Assembly: GCA_963816775.1 (NCBI GenBank)
Contig: CAWFLX010000060.1
Location: 2,600 to 66,599 of the forward strand
Source: an uncultured Alphaproteobacteria bacterium
GTDB lineage: Bacteria; Pseudomonadota; Alphaproteobacteria; Rhizobiales; Xanthobacteraceae
Length of the DNA stretch: 64,000 bases
Direction of reading: 5' to 3'
Below, in pieces: positions 17,010 through 28,701 of the stretch (within the stretch, counting starts at the first letter, position 1; every line of letters starts with the position of its first letter). The position numbers were made by a program, and so were the translations under genes. Below the pieces are notes generated by a model. That model was not told where the DNA came from and did not search any database. It saw nothing but the letters and a program-made list of their open reading frames with translations.

Positions 17010-18465
17010 CCAGACCCGCCAGCCGACCGAGGCGCGCTCGCCGCGCATGGACGATCTCGCGCGGCTGCCGGTGTTCTTTGCGCTCGAGGGCAAACGAGCG
17101 ATCGTCGCAGGCGCCGGCCCCGGAGCGCCGTGGAAGGTCGAGCTGCTCTCGGCCGCCGGCGCGCAGGTCGACGTCTACGCCGGCGCCTCGGCCGACGACT
17201 TTGCCGACATCGCCGCGCATGCGCCGCGCGGCCCAGTCAGCGTTCATGCGCGCGCCTGGCAGCCGGCCGATCTCGCCGGCGCCGCGATCGCCATCGGAGG
17301 CTTTACGCACGATGCCGATGCCGCGCGCTTCGCGCAGGCCGCGCGCAGTGCCGGTGTGCCGGTCAACGTGATCGACAAGCCGGCGTTCTGCGACTTTGCG
17401 TTCGGCGCGATCGTCAATCGCTCGCCGCTGGTGATCGGCATTTCGACCGACGGCGCCGCGCCGGTGTTCGGCCAGGCGATTCGGGCGAAGCTCGAGGCGC
17501 TGATCCCGCGCGGCTTTGCGGCCTGGGCGGAAGCAGCGCGACGCTGGCGCGAGGAGGTCAAGGCCTCCGGCCTTTCGTTTTCGGCGCGCCGGCGCTTCTG
17601 GCAATTATTCACCGCCGACGCGCTACGCCATCCAAACAAGACACCGGCCGACGCCGACTTCGAGGACTTGCTGGAGCTGACGCACAGCCAGGCGCAGGCG
17701 GCCGAGGCCGGATCGGTGACCCTGGTCGGCGCCGGGCCGGGCGATCCGGAGTTGCTGACCCTCAAGGCGGTGCGCGCGCTGCAAGCCGCCGACGTGATCC
17801 TGTTCGACTCGCTGGTCGACTGTGATGTGCTCGAATTCGCGCGCCGCGAGGCCAAGAAGATGCTGGTGGGCAAGACCGGCTACGGCCCCTCGTGCAAGCA
17901 GGACGACATCAACGCGCTGATGGTGTCGCTTGCAAAAAGCGGCCGCCGCGTGGTCCGGCTCAAGGGCGGCGATCCGCTGATCTTCTCCCGCGCGGGCGAG
18001 GAGATCGCCGCCTGCCGCGCCGCCGGCATTGCGGTCGATGTGGTGCCGGGCATCACCGCCGCACAGGGCGCGGCCGCGAGCCTGGGCGTATCGCTGACGC
18101 ATCGCTCGCACGCGCGGCGCCTGCAGTACATCACCGGGCATGACCGCGACGGCCGCCTGCCGGCGGACATCGACTGGTCGAGCGTCGCCGACCCGTCGGC
18201 GACCACCGTGGTCTATATGCCGAAGAAGACGCTCGCCGAACTTGCAACGCGGGCGATCGCGCAGGGGCTCGACCCGGCGACGCCGGCGGTCGCGATGGCG
18301 GCCGCGACGCGACCGGGCGAGCAGACACTCGCTGCACCGATCGGGGAGATTGCCGAAAAGCTCGAAGCGGCCGCGATCAAGGGCCCGGTGCTGGTGCTGA
18401 TCGGGCGCGCGATGGAGAGTGCGATGCGAGACGCAGCCGACGTAGAAATCCGTAGGATGGGTTGA
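16996..18465 (+). CDS. cysG: siroheme synthase (precorrin-2 dehydrogenase/ferrochelatase + uroporphyrinogen-III methyltransferase)
   Basis: ATG 16996 overlaps the nasC end by 14 nt. N-terminal AIVAGAGPGAPWK. C-terminal SUMT motifs VTLVGAGPGDPELLTLKA and VVRLKGGDPLIF. The stop TGA lies inside the family-1 repeat. Confidence 0.9.
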   Translation: MSASDQTRQPTEARSPRMDDLARLPVFFALEGKRAIVAGAGPGAPWKVELLSAAGAQVDVYAGASADDFADIAAHAPRGPVSVHARAWQPADLAGAAIAIGGFTHDADAARFAQAARSAGVPVNVIDKPAFCDFAFGAIVNRSPLVIGISTDGAAPVFGQAIRAKLEALIPRGFAAWAEAARRWREEVKASGLSFSARRRFWQLFTADALRHPNKTPADADFEDLLELTHSQAQAAEAGSVTLVGAGPGDPELLTLKAVRALQAADVILFDSLVDCDVLEFARREAKKMLVGKTGYGPSCKQDDINALMVSLAKSGRRVVRLKGGDPLIFSRAGEEIAACRAAGIAVDVVPGITAAQGAAASLGVSLTHRSHARRLQYITGHDRDGRLPADIDWSSVADPSATTVVYMPKKTLAELATRAIAQGLDPATPAVAMAAATRPGEQTLAAPIGEIAEKLEAAAIKGPVLVLIGRAMESAMRDAADVEIRRMG

Positions 18466-18533
18466 GCGCAGCGAAACCCATCACCGGCACCGACGAGAGA
18501 TTGATGGGTTTCGCTGCGCTCAACCCATCCTAC
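18452..18533. repeat. palindromic intergenic repeat, family 1 (GTAGGATGGGTTGAGCG..GCGAAACCCATC inverted pair)
   Basis: Two 32-nt arms in inverted orientation. Each arm is itself a hairpin (GATGGGTT/AACCCATC). Five loci in the window. Confidence 0.9.
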
Positions 18534-18542
18534 GAAATCCTA

Positions 18543-19673
18543 TCAACTCCCCACCACCTCGCGCAGCGCGTCGACCGCGGCCTTGTGGTCGCGCACGATG
18601 ATCTCAACCGGATTGGCGATCTTGCCGTCCTTCTCGCTCAGCAAGCGCCCGGGCCGCTCGGGCGCGCGGCCCCAGCCGCACGGCGCTGCGAGCCCGAACT
18701 CGGGTAGATACTTGCGCACCGCATCGAGCTGGGCGCGCAAACCCTTCGCGCCATGCAGATGATGGATCGCTCCGATGTAGGTCCGCGCGCTTCCTACCTT
18801 GAGATCCTTGAGCGGCGCGAAGAAGGAATCCTCGGTCGAGCCCAGCGTCGGGATGTGGAGGAAATCGACGCGCCGGTTCGAGGCCGCGATCGCCGCGTTC
18901 AACAACAACACCGCGCCCTCGAGGTTCGCGGGCTGACGTGACGGCCATCCGTTGAGCGTGCCGAAGCAGGCATGATGGCCGAGCGCGACCGCGTTCGGGA
19001 TCGCAATCTCGCCGGCCGGCGCCATCACGCGCTCGGCTTCGCGCTGCCCGGCCTTCGGGTCTTCCGCCATCTTGTTTTCGATCAGCCGATGCTCGATCGC
19101 CAGGTCCCATTGAATGGCGAGATCCTCGGGCGGGATCAGCTCCACCATCTTGGCGATCTCGGCCCGGAACGCATCTGTGATGCCGGGCACGACTTTCTCG
19201 ACGTCGCCCGGTTCCGGGAAGAAATAGGTCACCGCGCTGTAGCTGAGCGGCAGGCAGACCTGGAAACGCACGTGCGCCGGGATGACGCCTTCCTTCTTGA
19301 GCGCGCGGAAGATCGCGTAGGAGTTGACCGCGTCGCGCGTGTAACCGAGCCGCCAACCCGGATCGCCGAACCGGACCTTCTTGATGCCGGGCTTGACCCG
19401 GAACGCGAACTCGTCGTGGCGGCCGCGCGGCTTCCACCATTCGACGCCGTCGTCGTCGGGCGCCGGCCGTTTGATGGTTTCGATCTCGGGATGCCCGTTA
19501 AAGACCCGGTAGGCCAGGCCGTCGATCCAGTAACTGCGCTCGCCGACCTCGCCGTCGGGCATATAGGCGAGCCACGGACCGAGCGGCGCACCGACCTGGC
19601 GAAAAGCCTGTTCGGCGGTCTCGACCGGAATGCTTCCAACCAACAACAATTCCCCGGACATTTGCTCTCTCAC
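18543..19673 (-). CDS. conserved hypothetical protein, possibly UROD/MetE-like barrel
   Basis: 376-aa ORF with good coding character. Only a weak resemblance to cobalamin-independent methionine-synthase-like proteins (GSIPVE..., HHACFG). Function not assignable. Confidence 0.55.
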   Translation of the reverse strand: MREQMSGELLLVGSIPVETAEQAFRQVGAPLGPWLAYMPDGEVGERSYWIDGLAYRVFNGHPEIETIKRPAPDDDGVEWWKPRGRHDEFAFRVKPGIKKVRFGDPGWRLGYTRDAVNSYAIFRALKKEGVIPAHVRFQVCLPLSYSAVTYFFPEPGDVEKVVPGITDAFRAEIAKMVELIPPEDLAIQWDLAIEHRLIENKMAEDPKAGQREAERVMAPAGEIAIPNAVALGHHACFGTLNGWPSRQPANLEGAVLLLNAAIAASNRRVDFLHIPTLGSTEDSFFAPLKDLKVGSARTYIGAIHHLHGAKGLRAQLDAVRKYLPEFGLAAPCGWGRAPERPGRLLSEKDGKIANPVEIIVRDHKAAVDALREVVGS

Positions 19674-19686
19674 ATTTTCGCGATTT

Positions 19687-19769
19687 GTAGGATGGGTTGA
19701 GCGCCAGCGAAACCCATCGCTCTCGGCCGATTTAACATGATGGGTTTCGCTTCGCTCAACCCATCCTAC
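19687..19769. repeat. palindromic intergenic repeat, family 1
   Basis: GTAGGATGGGTTGAGCGCCAGCGAAACCCATC ... GATGGGTTTCGCTTCGCTCAACCCATCCTAC. Confidence 0.9.
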
Positions 19770-19775
19770 GCAAAT

Positions 19776-21842
<2,067 letters not shown>

Positions 21843-22043
21843 GAATGAGATTCCTTATGAGACCGGTGCCGCTCCGGAAGCGGGCACTAGGCCATCGTAA
21901 AGCATTTTACGTCCAAGCGCTTCCAGGCGCGTTCGATCTAGCACGCGGCGCAACGGTCGCGTTGACACACGTGCGCAACGCTTCAATGCTGGTATGCGGC
22001 CGCCAGGTGCGGTCGTACGGGGCGTCGTCGTGCAACCGACGAG

Positions 22044-23486
22044 GTGCGCGTGAGACGGGGCATTGGGATTGCGCTTGCAACGACGGCCGTCGCGCTGCTG
22101 ATTGCGCGCGCGGCGGGCGCACAGGAGCAGGCGCCGGCGGGCTCAGAGGTTGATCGCACCACAGGCGCCTATTTCTACGCGCGCTATTGCGCCACCTGTC
22201 ACGGCCGTGAGGGGCGCGGCACGCTGATCGGCTTTCCGCTGGTGGACCGGCCCTCCGGACCAGTGACCTTGGAGCTTGTGCTGGAGTCGCTGCGGACGCC
22301 GTTGCAATTGATGCCGAGCTTTCCGCGCGACGTCATCAACGACGACGTCGCAGCGCTGATCGCCTATCACATCGCGACGCTCGAACACGCCGCGACCGGC
22401 GCAGCGGTTCCGTCACCACCGGAGGTCCCCGCCTCGGCGCTACGTCCGGCGGCAGCCTTGCCGCCCGCGCCGGTGGTGACACCGGCTGATCCGCGAACTT
22501 ATGAGATGAAGGAATACGACGCCGGCAGCTGCGGCGCGGGTCACGACGTCGCGGTCGCGCCGGACGGACGCGTCTGGTACGCGGGCATCGAGCGCAACAC
22601 CATCGTGATGTTCGATCCACGCGGCGAGCGGTTTCGCTGCTGGCCGGTTCCAACGCGCAACGGCCAGCCGCAGGGCATTCGGGTCGATCGCGATGGCCTC
22701 GTCTGGTTCACGCTTCCGGGTCTGCCAGACAACAAGGTCGCGATGTTCGACCCGAAGACCGAGTTGTTCAGCGAGTTCTCGCTACCGCATCGGCCGCGGC
22801 CGCTCGTCTATCCGCACACGCTGGTGTTCAACGCCGAGCGCGATCCGGTGTTTTCACTCGCCTACGGCGATGGCGCCGGACGGATCGATCGCAAGACCGG
22901 GCGATTCGACTATTTTCCGGTCCCCACCTATCGGGCGCTCCCCAACGGCATCGAGGTCGCGCGCAATGGTCACATCTGGATGGCCGAATCCATCGCCAAC
23001 AAGCTGGTCGAGATCGATCCAAAGACCGGCAAGGCGCTCGAATTTCTTCATCCGCGCGCGAGCGAAGACCCCGGTGTGCGCGAGATCGCGCTCGATTCAC
23101 ACGGCAATGTCTGGTTTTCCGAGCACGAGTTCGGCAGCCTCGGCGTATTCGATCCGCGCACCCGGCGCTGGCGCAGCTGGCGCGCGCCCGCGAACGACGG
23201 GAAAGCTTACGGAACTTACGCCGTCAACGTCGACCGCCGCGACGCGATCTGGTTCAGTCACTTCGGGGGCAATTACATTGGGCGGTTCGATCCGCGCACG
23301 GACGTATTTTCCGTTTATCCGCTGCCGACCCCCGACGCCAACTGCAGACTCATGGATTTCGCCAGGGATGGAGCGCTGTGGTGCGTGAGCTCACGCGTGC
23401 CCAAGCTGGTTCGCCTGGCGGTCAAGCCGGGCGGCCCAGCCGGATATAGCCCTGCGCTATCAGCTCCGATACCGCATCAGCCGTAG
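22044..23486 (+). CDS. secreted cytochrome c domain fused to Vgb/NHL-like beta-propeller
   Basis: Signal-like N-terminus, haem motif CATCH, then six to seven repeats of the type DG.VWF....N.V..FDP.T..F. GTG start at 22044 or 22050. Confidence 0.65.
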   Translation: MRVRRGIGIALATTAVALLIARAAGAQEQAPAGSEVDRTTGAYFYARYCATCHGREGRGTLIGFPLVDRPSGPVTLELVLESLRTPLQLMPSFPRDVINDDVAALIAYHIATLEHAATGAAVPSPPEVPASALRPAAALPPAPVVTPADPRTYEMKEYDAGSCGAGHDVAVAPDGRVWYAGIERNTIVMFDPRGERFRCWPVPTRNGQPQGIRVDRDGLVWFTLPGLPDNKVAMFDPKTELFSEFSLPHRPRPLVYPHTLVFNAERDPVFSLAYGDGAGRIDRKTGRFDYFPVPTYRALPNGIEVARNGHIWMAESIANKLVEIDPKTGKALEFLHPRASEDPGVREIALDSHGNVWFSEHEFGSLGVFDPRTRRWRSWRAPANDGKAYGTYAVNVDRRDAIWFSHFGGNYIGRFDPRTDVFSVYPLPTPDANCRLMDFARDGALWCVSSRVPKLVRLAVKPGGPAGYSPALSAPIPHQP

Positions 23487-23515
23487 CAGTTCGTGTTTGA
23501 ACCTGCGCCGGAGTC

Positions 23516-24223
23516 GTGCAAAAAAACGTTGTGCACGACAGCGCATCAGCATTGAGCCTTCTGCTCGCCGGCGATCCCGCGCTCTACGGCATCGTCAGGC
23601 TTTCGCTTATTGTCAGCGTCGCCGCCACGGTGCTCGCCGCCGTGATCGCGCTGCCGCTCGGTGCCGTGCTCGCGCTGACGCGTTTCCCCGGGCGCGCCGC
23701 CGTCATCGTCGTACTCAACGCTTCGATGGGGTTGCCGCCGGTCGTCGTTGGGCTCGTCGTCTATCTGCTGCTGTCGCGCTCCGGACCGCTCGGTTTTCTC
23801 GGGATCCTATTCACGCCGCAGGCGATGGCGCTGGCGCAGGCCATCCTGGTGATGCCGATCATCGCGGCGCTGACGCGCCAGACCGTCGAGGACGTCTGGT
23901 CGGAATATCGCGACGAGCTCACCGCCATGCGGGTCGCACCGATGCGGCGGGTGGCGACGCTGATCTGGGATGCGCGCTTCAGCCTGACCACGGCGCTGCT
24001 CGCAGGCTTCGGCCGCGCGGCCGCGGAGGTCGGCACCGTAATCATCGTCGGGGGCAACATCGAGGGTTTTACGCGCGTTATGACAACGACGATCGCACTC
24101 GAAACATCGAAAGGTGACCTGCCGCTCGCGCTCGGCCTCGGCCTGGTGCTGATTGCGCTCATCATCCTGGTCAATGCGCTGGCGTGGGGCGTGCGGCGAT
24201 TCGGCGAGCTGCGAGCGGGGTGA
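23516..24223 (+). CDS. tupB: ABC transporter permease, tungstate TupB-like
   Basis: 235-aa BPD permease, called from family resemblance and the adjacent TupA-like binding protein. GTG start. Confidence 0.7.
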   Translation: MQKNVVHDSASALSLLLAGDPALYGIVRLSLIVSVAATVLAAVIALPLGAVLALTRFPGRAAVIVVLNASMGLPPVVVGLVVYLLLSRSGPLGFLGILFTPQAMALAQAILVMPIIAALTRQTVEDVWSEYRDELTAMRVAPMRRVATLIWDARFSLTTALLAGFGRAAAEVGTVIIVGGNIEGFTRVMTTTIALETSKGDLPLALGLGLVLIALIILVNALAWGVRRFGELRAG

Positions 24224-24227
24224 AGCC

Positions 24228-24944
24228 ATGCGCGCGCCAGCGAGCGACCTGCCGATCGTTTTCGAGGATGCTTCGCTCCGCGCGCACGACGTTGCGATTC
24301 TGGATCGGGTCGCGCTCGCACTGGGACCAGGCGAGCCCACGGTCCTCGTCGGCCCCAACGGCGCCGGCAAGACGTCGCTGATCCGGCTCGCCGCGAGCCT
24401 CGCCGCGCCTACGACCGGCCGCCTGACCTGGGGCGGCAAGCCGGAGACCGATGGCCGGCGTATCGCGGTCGTATTCCAGCGCCCGATCATGCTGCGGCGG
24501 TCCGCCGCCGCGAACGTGGCCTATGGACTGCCGCGATGTTCCGGGCGCGAGCGCAAACAGCGAGTTGACGATCTGCTCGCCCAGGTCGGTCTCAGCCATG
24601 TGCGCGAGCGGCCGGCGCGGCGACTGTCCGGCGGCGAGCAACAGCGGCTCGCGCTGGCGCGCGCGCTCGCGCGCGAACCGGAAGTGCTGTTTCTCGACGA
24701 GCCGACCGCGAGCCTCGATCCGGCGTCGGTGCGAGCGGTGGAAGACGTGGTGCGGGCCGTGGCGGCGTCCGGCGTGAAAGTCGTGATGGCGACGCAAAAT
24801 CTCGGGCAGGCGCGCCGCCTTGCCGGCGAGGTCGTGTTCGTGCTGCGCGGACGCGTGCATGAGTGCGCACCGGTTGCTACGTTTTTCGGCGCGCCGCAAA
24901 CGTCCGAGGCGGCCGCATTCCTGCGCGGGGATCTGGTCGTCTGA
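24228..24944 (+). CDS. tupC: ABC transporter ATP-binding protein, TupC-like
   Basis: ATG 24228 in ORF 24153..24944. Walker A GPNGAGKTS, signature LSGGEQQR, Walker B LFLDEPT. Confidence 0.7.
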   Translation: MRAPASDLPIVFEDASLRAHDVAILDRVALALGPGEPTVLVGPNGAGKTSLIRLAASLAAPTTGRLTWGGKPETDGRRIAVVFQRPIMLRRSAAANVAYGLPRCSGRERKQRVDDLLAQVGLSHVRERPARRLSGGEQQRLALARALAREPEVLFLDEPTASLDPASVRAVEDVVRAVAASGVKVVMATQNLGQARRLAGEVVFVLRGRVHECAPVATFFGAPQTSEAAAFLRGDLVV

Positions 24945-24958
24945 TAATGGAGGGATCG

Positions 24959-25810
24959 ATGCTGTCACGACGCCTGCTGATCGCTTGGGTCGCAACGCTC
25001 GCGCTTGGCATATCGGCGCAGGCGCAGGACAAGGCGGCCGCGCCCTCGTCCGACAAATCGATCGTCGTTGCCTCCACGACCTCGACCCAGGATTCCGGGC
25101 TCTTCGGTCACATCCTGCCGATCTTCAAAGCCAAGACCGGCATCGACGTGAAGGTGATCGCGCAAGGCACCGGCCAGGCGCTCGACACCGGCCGGCGCGG
25201 TGACGCCGACGTTGTGTTCGTGCACGCCAGGCCGGCGGAACAGCAATTCGTGGCCGAAGGCGCGGGTGTGAAGCGCAATCCGGTCATGTACAACGACTTC
25301 GTCCTGATCGGCCCGAAGAGCGATCCGGCCGGCGTCGCAGGCAGCAAGGATATCGTCGCGGCGCTCAAGGCGATCAAAGCCAAGGGCGCGCCGTTCGTCT
25401 CGCGCGGCGATCGCTCCGGCACGCATCAGGCCGAGCTTGCCCTGTGGAAAGAGGCGGGGATCGATATCGCGGCCGACAAGGGCCCCTGGTACCGCGACAT
25501 CGGCCAGGGCATGGGTGCGGCACTCAATGCCGCCTCCGCCATGAACGCCTACGTGCTGTCGGATCGCGGCACCTGGATCGCGTTCAAGAATCGCGGCGAC
25601 CTCGCCATCGCGGTCCAGGGGGACAATAAATTGTTCAATCAGTACGGCGTGATCCTGGTCAATCCGCAGAAGCATCCGCACGTCAAGCAGGCACAGGGGC
25701 AGGCGTTCATCGATTGGCTGATTTCGCCCGAGGGCCAGAAGGCGATCGCGGACTACAAGATCGAGGGCCAGCAGTTGTTCTTCCCCAACGCGACCGTTCC
25801 GGGCGCGTGA
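24959..25810 (+). CDS. tupA: tungstate/oxyanion ABC substrate-binding protein, TupA-like
   Basis: ATG 24959 after GGAGGGA. Signal peptide, then the TTSTQDSGL motif characteristic of TupA-type binding proteins. Confidence 0.75.
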   Translation: MLSRRLLIAWVATLALGISAQAQDKAAAPSSDKSIVVASTTSTQDSGLFGHILPIFKAKTGIDVKVIAQGTGQALDTGRRGDADVVFVHARPAEQQFVAEGAGVKRNPVMYNDFVLIGPKSDPAGVAGSKDIVAALKAIKAKGAPFVSRGDRSGTHQAELALWKEAGIDIAADKGPWYRDIGQGMGAALNAASAMNAYVLSDRGTWIAFKNRGDLAIAVQGDNKLFNQYGVILVNPQKHPHVKQAQGQAFIDWLISPEGQKAIADYKIEGQQLFFPNATVPGA

Positions 25811-25821
25811 TCAGGCCGTCG

Positions 25822-26058
25822 CTACGGATCGAGAACAAAGATATCGTCGTAGTGCCTGAACGCATTCGATTGGGGGATACTCGCGCTCGCTGGACCGTAG
25901 AATCGGCGGCCCGCGACGACACCGGGATGGCTGTAGGTCCGGGCGTAACTCACGTTCGGGTGATGGCGATTTGCGTGCGGCGCCCGCGCAAAGGCCGGCA
26001 CTGACAGCAAGGTAGCGGCTGCGGCGGCGAACAATGCCAACTTGATTTTCGACGACAT
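25822..26058 (-). CDS. small exported hypothetical protein
   Basis: 78-aa ORF with a clear signal peptide (MSSKIKLALFAAAAATLLSVPAFA). No family recognised. Confidence 0.5.
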   Translation of the reverse strand: MSSKIKLALFAAAAATLLSVPAFARAPHANRHHPNVSYARTYSHPGVVAGRRFYGPASASIPQSNAFRHYDDIFVLDP

Positions 26059-26270
26059 GGTTTGCCCTTCGGGTTAAGCCTCCCTGCGCCATTTAGATAG
26101 GCGGCACTTGCACTTGGTGCCAGCACGTTATTGTGAGTTGTTGCTCCGGATTGCTGTTTTGATGACGGTAATGTTCTGCCCGTGTGTTGCAATCGAGGTA
26201 CAGACTTCCGGCACCCCGTTTGGCATGATGCATCCCGCGACGTCACGGGGCAGCGGCGGGGGGCGCTCCC

Positions 26271-27575
26271 ATGTATCGCATGGGCGCAATTGGGCTTGCC
26301 TTGGCGACAAGCCTCGCGGGCGTTGCTCGTGCGGATCAATGGACCGTCCCGTCGGTGCCGTGGATGCTCGGCGATTGGGGCGGCTTGCGCACGCGCCTCT
26401 ACGAAAAGGGCATTGATTTTCAATTCGGATACGCGAACGAGTTCGGGACCAACACCCAGGGCGGCGTGAAACGCTGGGCCGGCTACGCCGATCAGTCGCA
26501 GGCCGGAGCGACGTTCAATCTCGAGCGCCTGTTCGGCGTGAAGGACGCAATTTTTCAAGTCACGTTCACCGAACGCACCGGCCGCAACCTGGTCACCGAC
26601 GCTCAGCTCAATACGCTTCAACTTGTTCAAGAAGTGTGGGGGCGCGGCCAAACCGCCCGCTTGACGCAATTCTGGTACGACCAGCACTACCTGAACGATT
26701 TCATCAGCCTGAAAGCCGGCCGAATGCCGGTGGGCGGAGATTTCGCGGCGTTCGGCTGTGACTATCAGAACCTCACGTTCTGCGGCGCCAACATCGGCAA
26801 CCTGGTCGGCAACTACATCTTCAACTGGCCGATCAGCCAATGGGCGACGCGCATCAAGTTCAACTTCAACGGATTTGGATATTTTCAGGTCGGCGCCTAC
26901 GATCAGAACCAGCAGTATCTGGGCTATACCGAGGCGCTTGCTCCGGTGTTCTACAAGGATTCCAGCGGCGTCATGCTACCGGCCGAATTGGCTTGGCTCC
27001 CCAAGTTCGCCAACGGGATGCTGCCGGGCAGCTACAAATTCGGCGCGTGGTACTCCTCGGCGACCCAGCCCGACGTCGTTCTCGACGTCAACGGAAATCA
27101 GACCGCTTTCACCAATCAGCCTCCGCTCAAGCACCGGGGACTCTACGGCTCGTATATCAACTTCCTACAACAGCTGACGCGCAACGCCAGCGAGAACCCC
27201 AACGGCGGCTTGAGCGCATTCCTGAATGCGGTGATGGCCGACAAGCGAACCTCGTTCACCGATCGTCAAATCGCGGCCGGGATCATGTACACGGCGCCGT
27301 TCAGCTGGCGTCCCAACGACAACATTGCGTTCGCCTGGGGCACGACCCACGTGAACAACCGCGTCGCCACGGTCGAGACCTTGCAGAACATACTCAGCAA
27401 CAATGGACCGGTGCCGATTCAACGTTCCGAGTATGTCTACGAGCTGTTCTACACCTACGTTCCGACGACGGGGCTCTATTTCCGGCCGAACCTGCAGATC
27501 GTGCAGTATCCCGGCGGGACCAGCCTGAACAAAAACGCCGTCGTGCTCGGATTGAAGACGCTCGCAAGTTTTTAG
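26271..27575 (+). CDS. oprB: carbohydrate-selective porin, OprB family
   Basis: 434 aa. Signal peptide and beta-barrel-like sequence ending in F. OprB-family resemblance. Convergent with glk. Confidence 0.8.
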   Translation: MYRMGAIGLALATSLAGVARADQWTVPSVPWMLGDWGGLRTRLYEKGIDFQFGYANEFGTNTQGGVKRWAGYADQSQAGATFNLERLFGVKDAIFQVTFTERTGRNLVTDAQLNTLQLVQEVWGRGQTARLTQFWYDQHYLNDFISLKAGRMPVGGDFAAFGCDYQNLTFCGANIGNLVGNYIFNWPISQWATRIKFNFNGFGYFQVGAYDQNQQYLGYTEALAPVFYKDSSGVMLPAELAWLPKFANGMLPGSYKFGAWYSSATQPDVVLDVNGNQTAFTNQPPLKHRGLYGSYINFLQQLTRNASENPNGGLSAFLNAVMADKRTSFTDRQIAAGIMYTAPFSWRPNDNIAFAWGTTHVNNRVATVETLQNILSNNGPVPIQRSEYVYELFYTYVPTTGLYFRPNLQIVQYPGGTSLNKNAVVLGLKTLASF

Positions 27576-28549
27576 ATCAACGCCTGCGCCATCGTCTCAA
27601 GCCCGAGGAACGCCGTGTTCGGATGGGTGATCAGCCAACACGGAATCGCCTTGAGATAGGGGCTCAGTCGCCCTTTGTCGTCGAAGCGTTCGCGAAAAGC
27701 CGAGGCCTCGAGTTCCTTGACGAAGCGTGGGGCGATGCCGCCCGCGATGTAGACGCCGCCGCGCGCCCCATAGGCCAACGCCAAGTTGCCGGCGCATTCA
27801 CCCAGCAACGCGAAGAACAGGTCGACAGTCGCCCGGCTGGCGGGGCACGTCCCATCGAGGGCCGCTTGCGTGATCTCGGCGGCGGTCTGCTTGGGAGCGT
27901 CGAGAGCATCCACCGCCGCGACTGCGACCAGCAAATTCTCAAGCCCGCGGCCAGAGATCATTCGCTCCCACGACACGCGCCCGTGGCGGCCGCGCAGATA
28001 CTCGATGATGGCGTCGGTGCGCGGCGACCAGCTCGAGGCGTGCATGTGGCCCGCTTCAGTTGTGATGACCAGTGGCAGCCCGACCGGGGACGGGACAAGA
28101 CAAGCAACCCCGAGCCCGGTGCCGGGCCCCAGCACGAGTGTGGGCTCGGTCACGAGCGGCTCCTGGCCGCCGAGCCGAAACAGATCGGTCGGTTTCAGGC
28201 TCGGCAGCGCGCGGGCGACGGCTTCGAAATCATTGACCACGCTCACGGCCTTGAAACCATGCGCCGTCTTGAGCGCTTCGGCGTCGATCTTCCAGGGACT
28301 GTTGGTGAACTCGGCGCGACCCATCCGCACCGGGCCGGCGACGGCGATGACGGCGGCCTCGACCTTGCGTCGGCCGGCCTCGCGATCAAGGAATGCTGTG
28401 AGCGCGTCGTCGAAGCGCGCGTGATCTGAGACGGCGAGCTGCTTGACCGACCCCGTTTCCTGGCCAGAGCGAAGTGCGAACCGCGCATTGGTGCCGCCAA
28501 TGTCGGCAAGAAGCACGAGACCGTCGGGATCGATTGTCGATGTCGACAT
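27572..28549 (-). CDS. glk: glucokinase
   Basis: LLADIGGTNARFAL ATP-binding motif. Glk family length. Start at ATG 28549 within ORF 27572..28579. Confidence 0.9.
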   Translation of the reverse strand: MSTSTIDPDGLVLLADIGGTNARFALRSGQETGSVKQLAVSDHARFDDALTAFLDREAGRRKVEAAVIAVAGPVRMGRAEFTNSPWKIDAEALKTAHGFKAVSVVNDFEAVARALPSLKPTDLFRLGGQEPLVTEPTLVLGPGTGLGVACLVPSPVGLPLVITTEAGHMHASSWSPRTDAIIEYLRGRHGRVSWERMISGRGLENLLVAVAAVDALDAPKQTAAEITQAALDGTCPASRATVDLFFALLGECAGNLALAYGARGGVYIAGGIAPRFVKELEASAFRERFDDKGRLSPYLKAIPCWLITHPNTAFLGLETMAQALI

Positions 28550-28701
28550 GGTCTTCACCCGGTCGTTCAGGCCGAGCACCCGCTCAGCAACATTGCGCGG
28601 CGTATTGATGCACCATCAAACCCGGATCGCAAGCTGCGACCTGCAAGATCCAAGAGAGACCGCGTTAACGGTCCTAATCGACGGCGCACTGCGAATTAAA
28701 C

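Noticed and set aside
18462-18707. Small ORFs beginning or containing MGFA(A/S/P)LNPSY... (also at 19737-19931 and 55579-55779).
   Set aside because: The peptide is simply the translation of the family-1 repeat arm. The ORFs continue antisense into neighbouring genes and have no SD.
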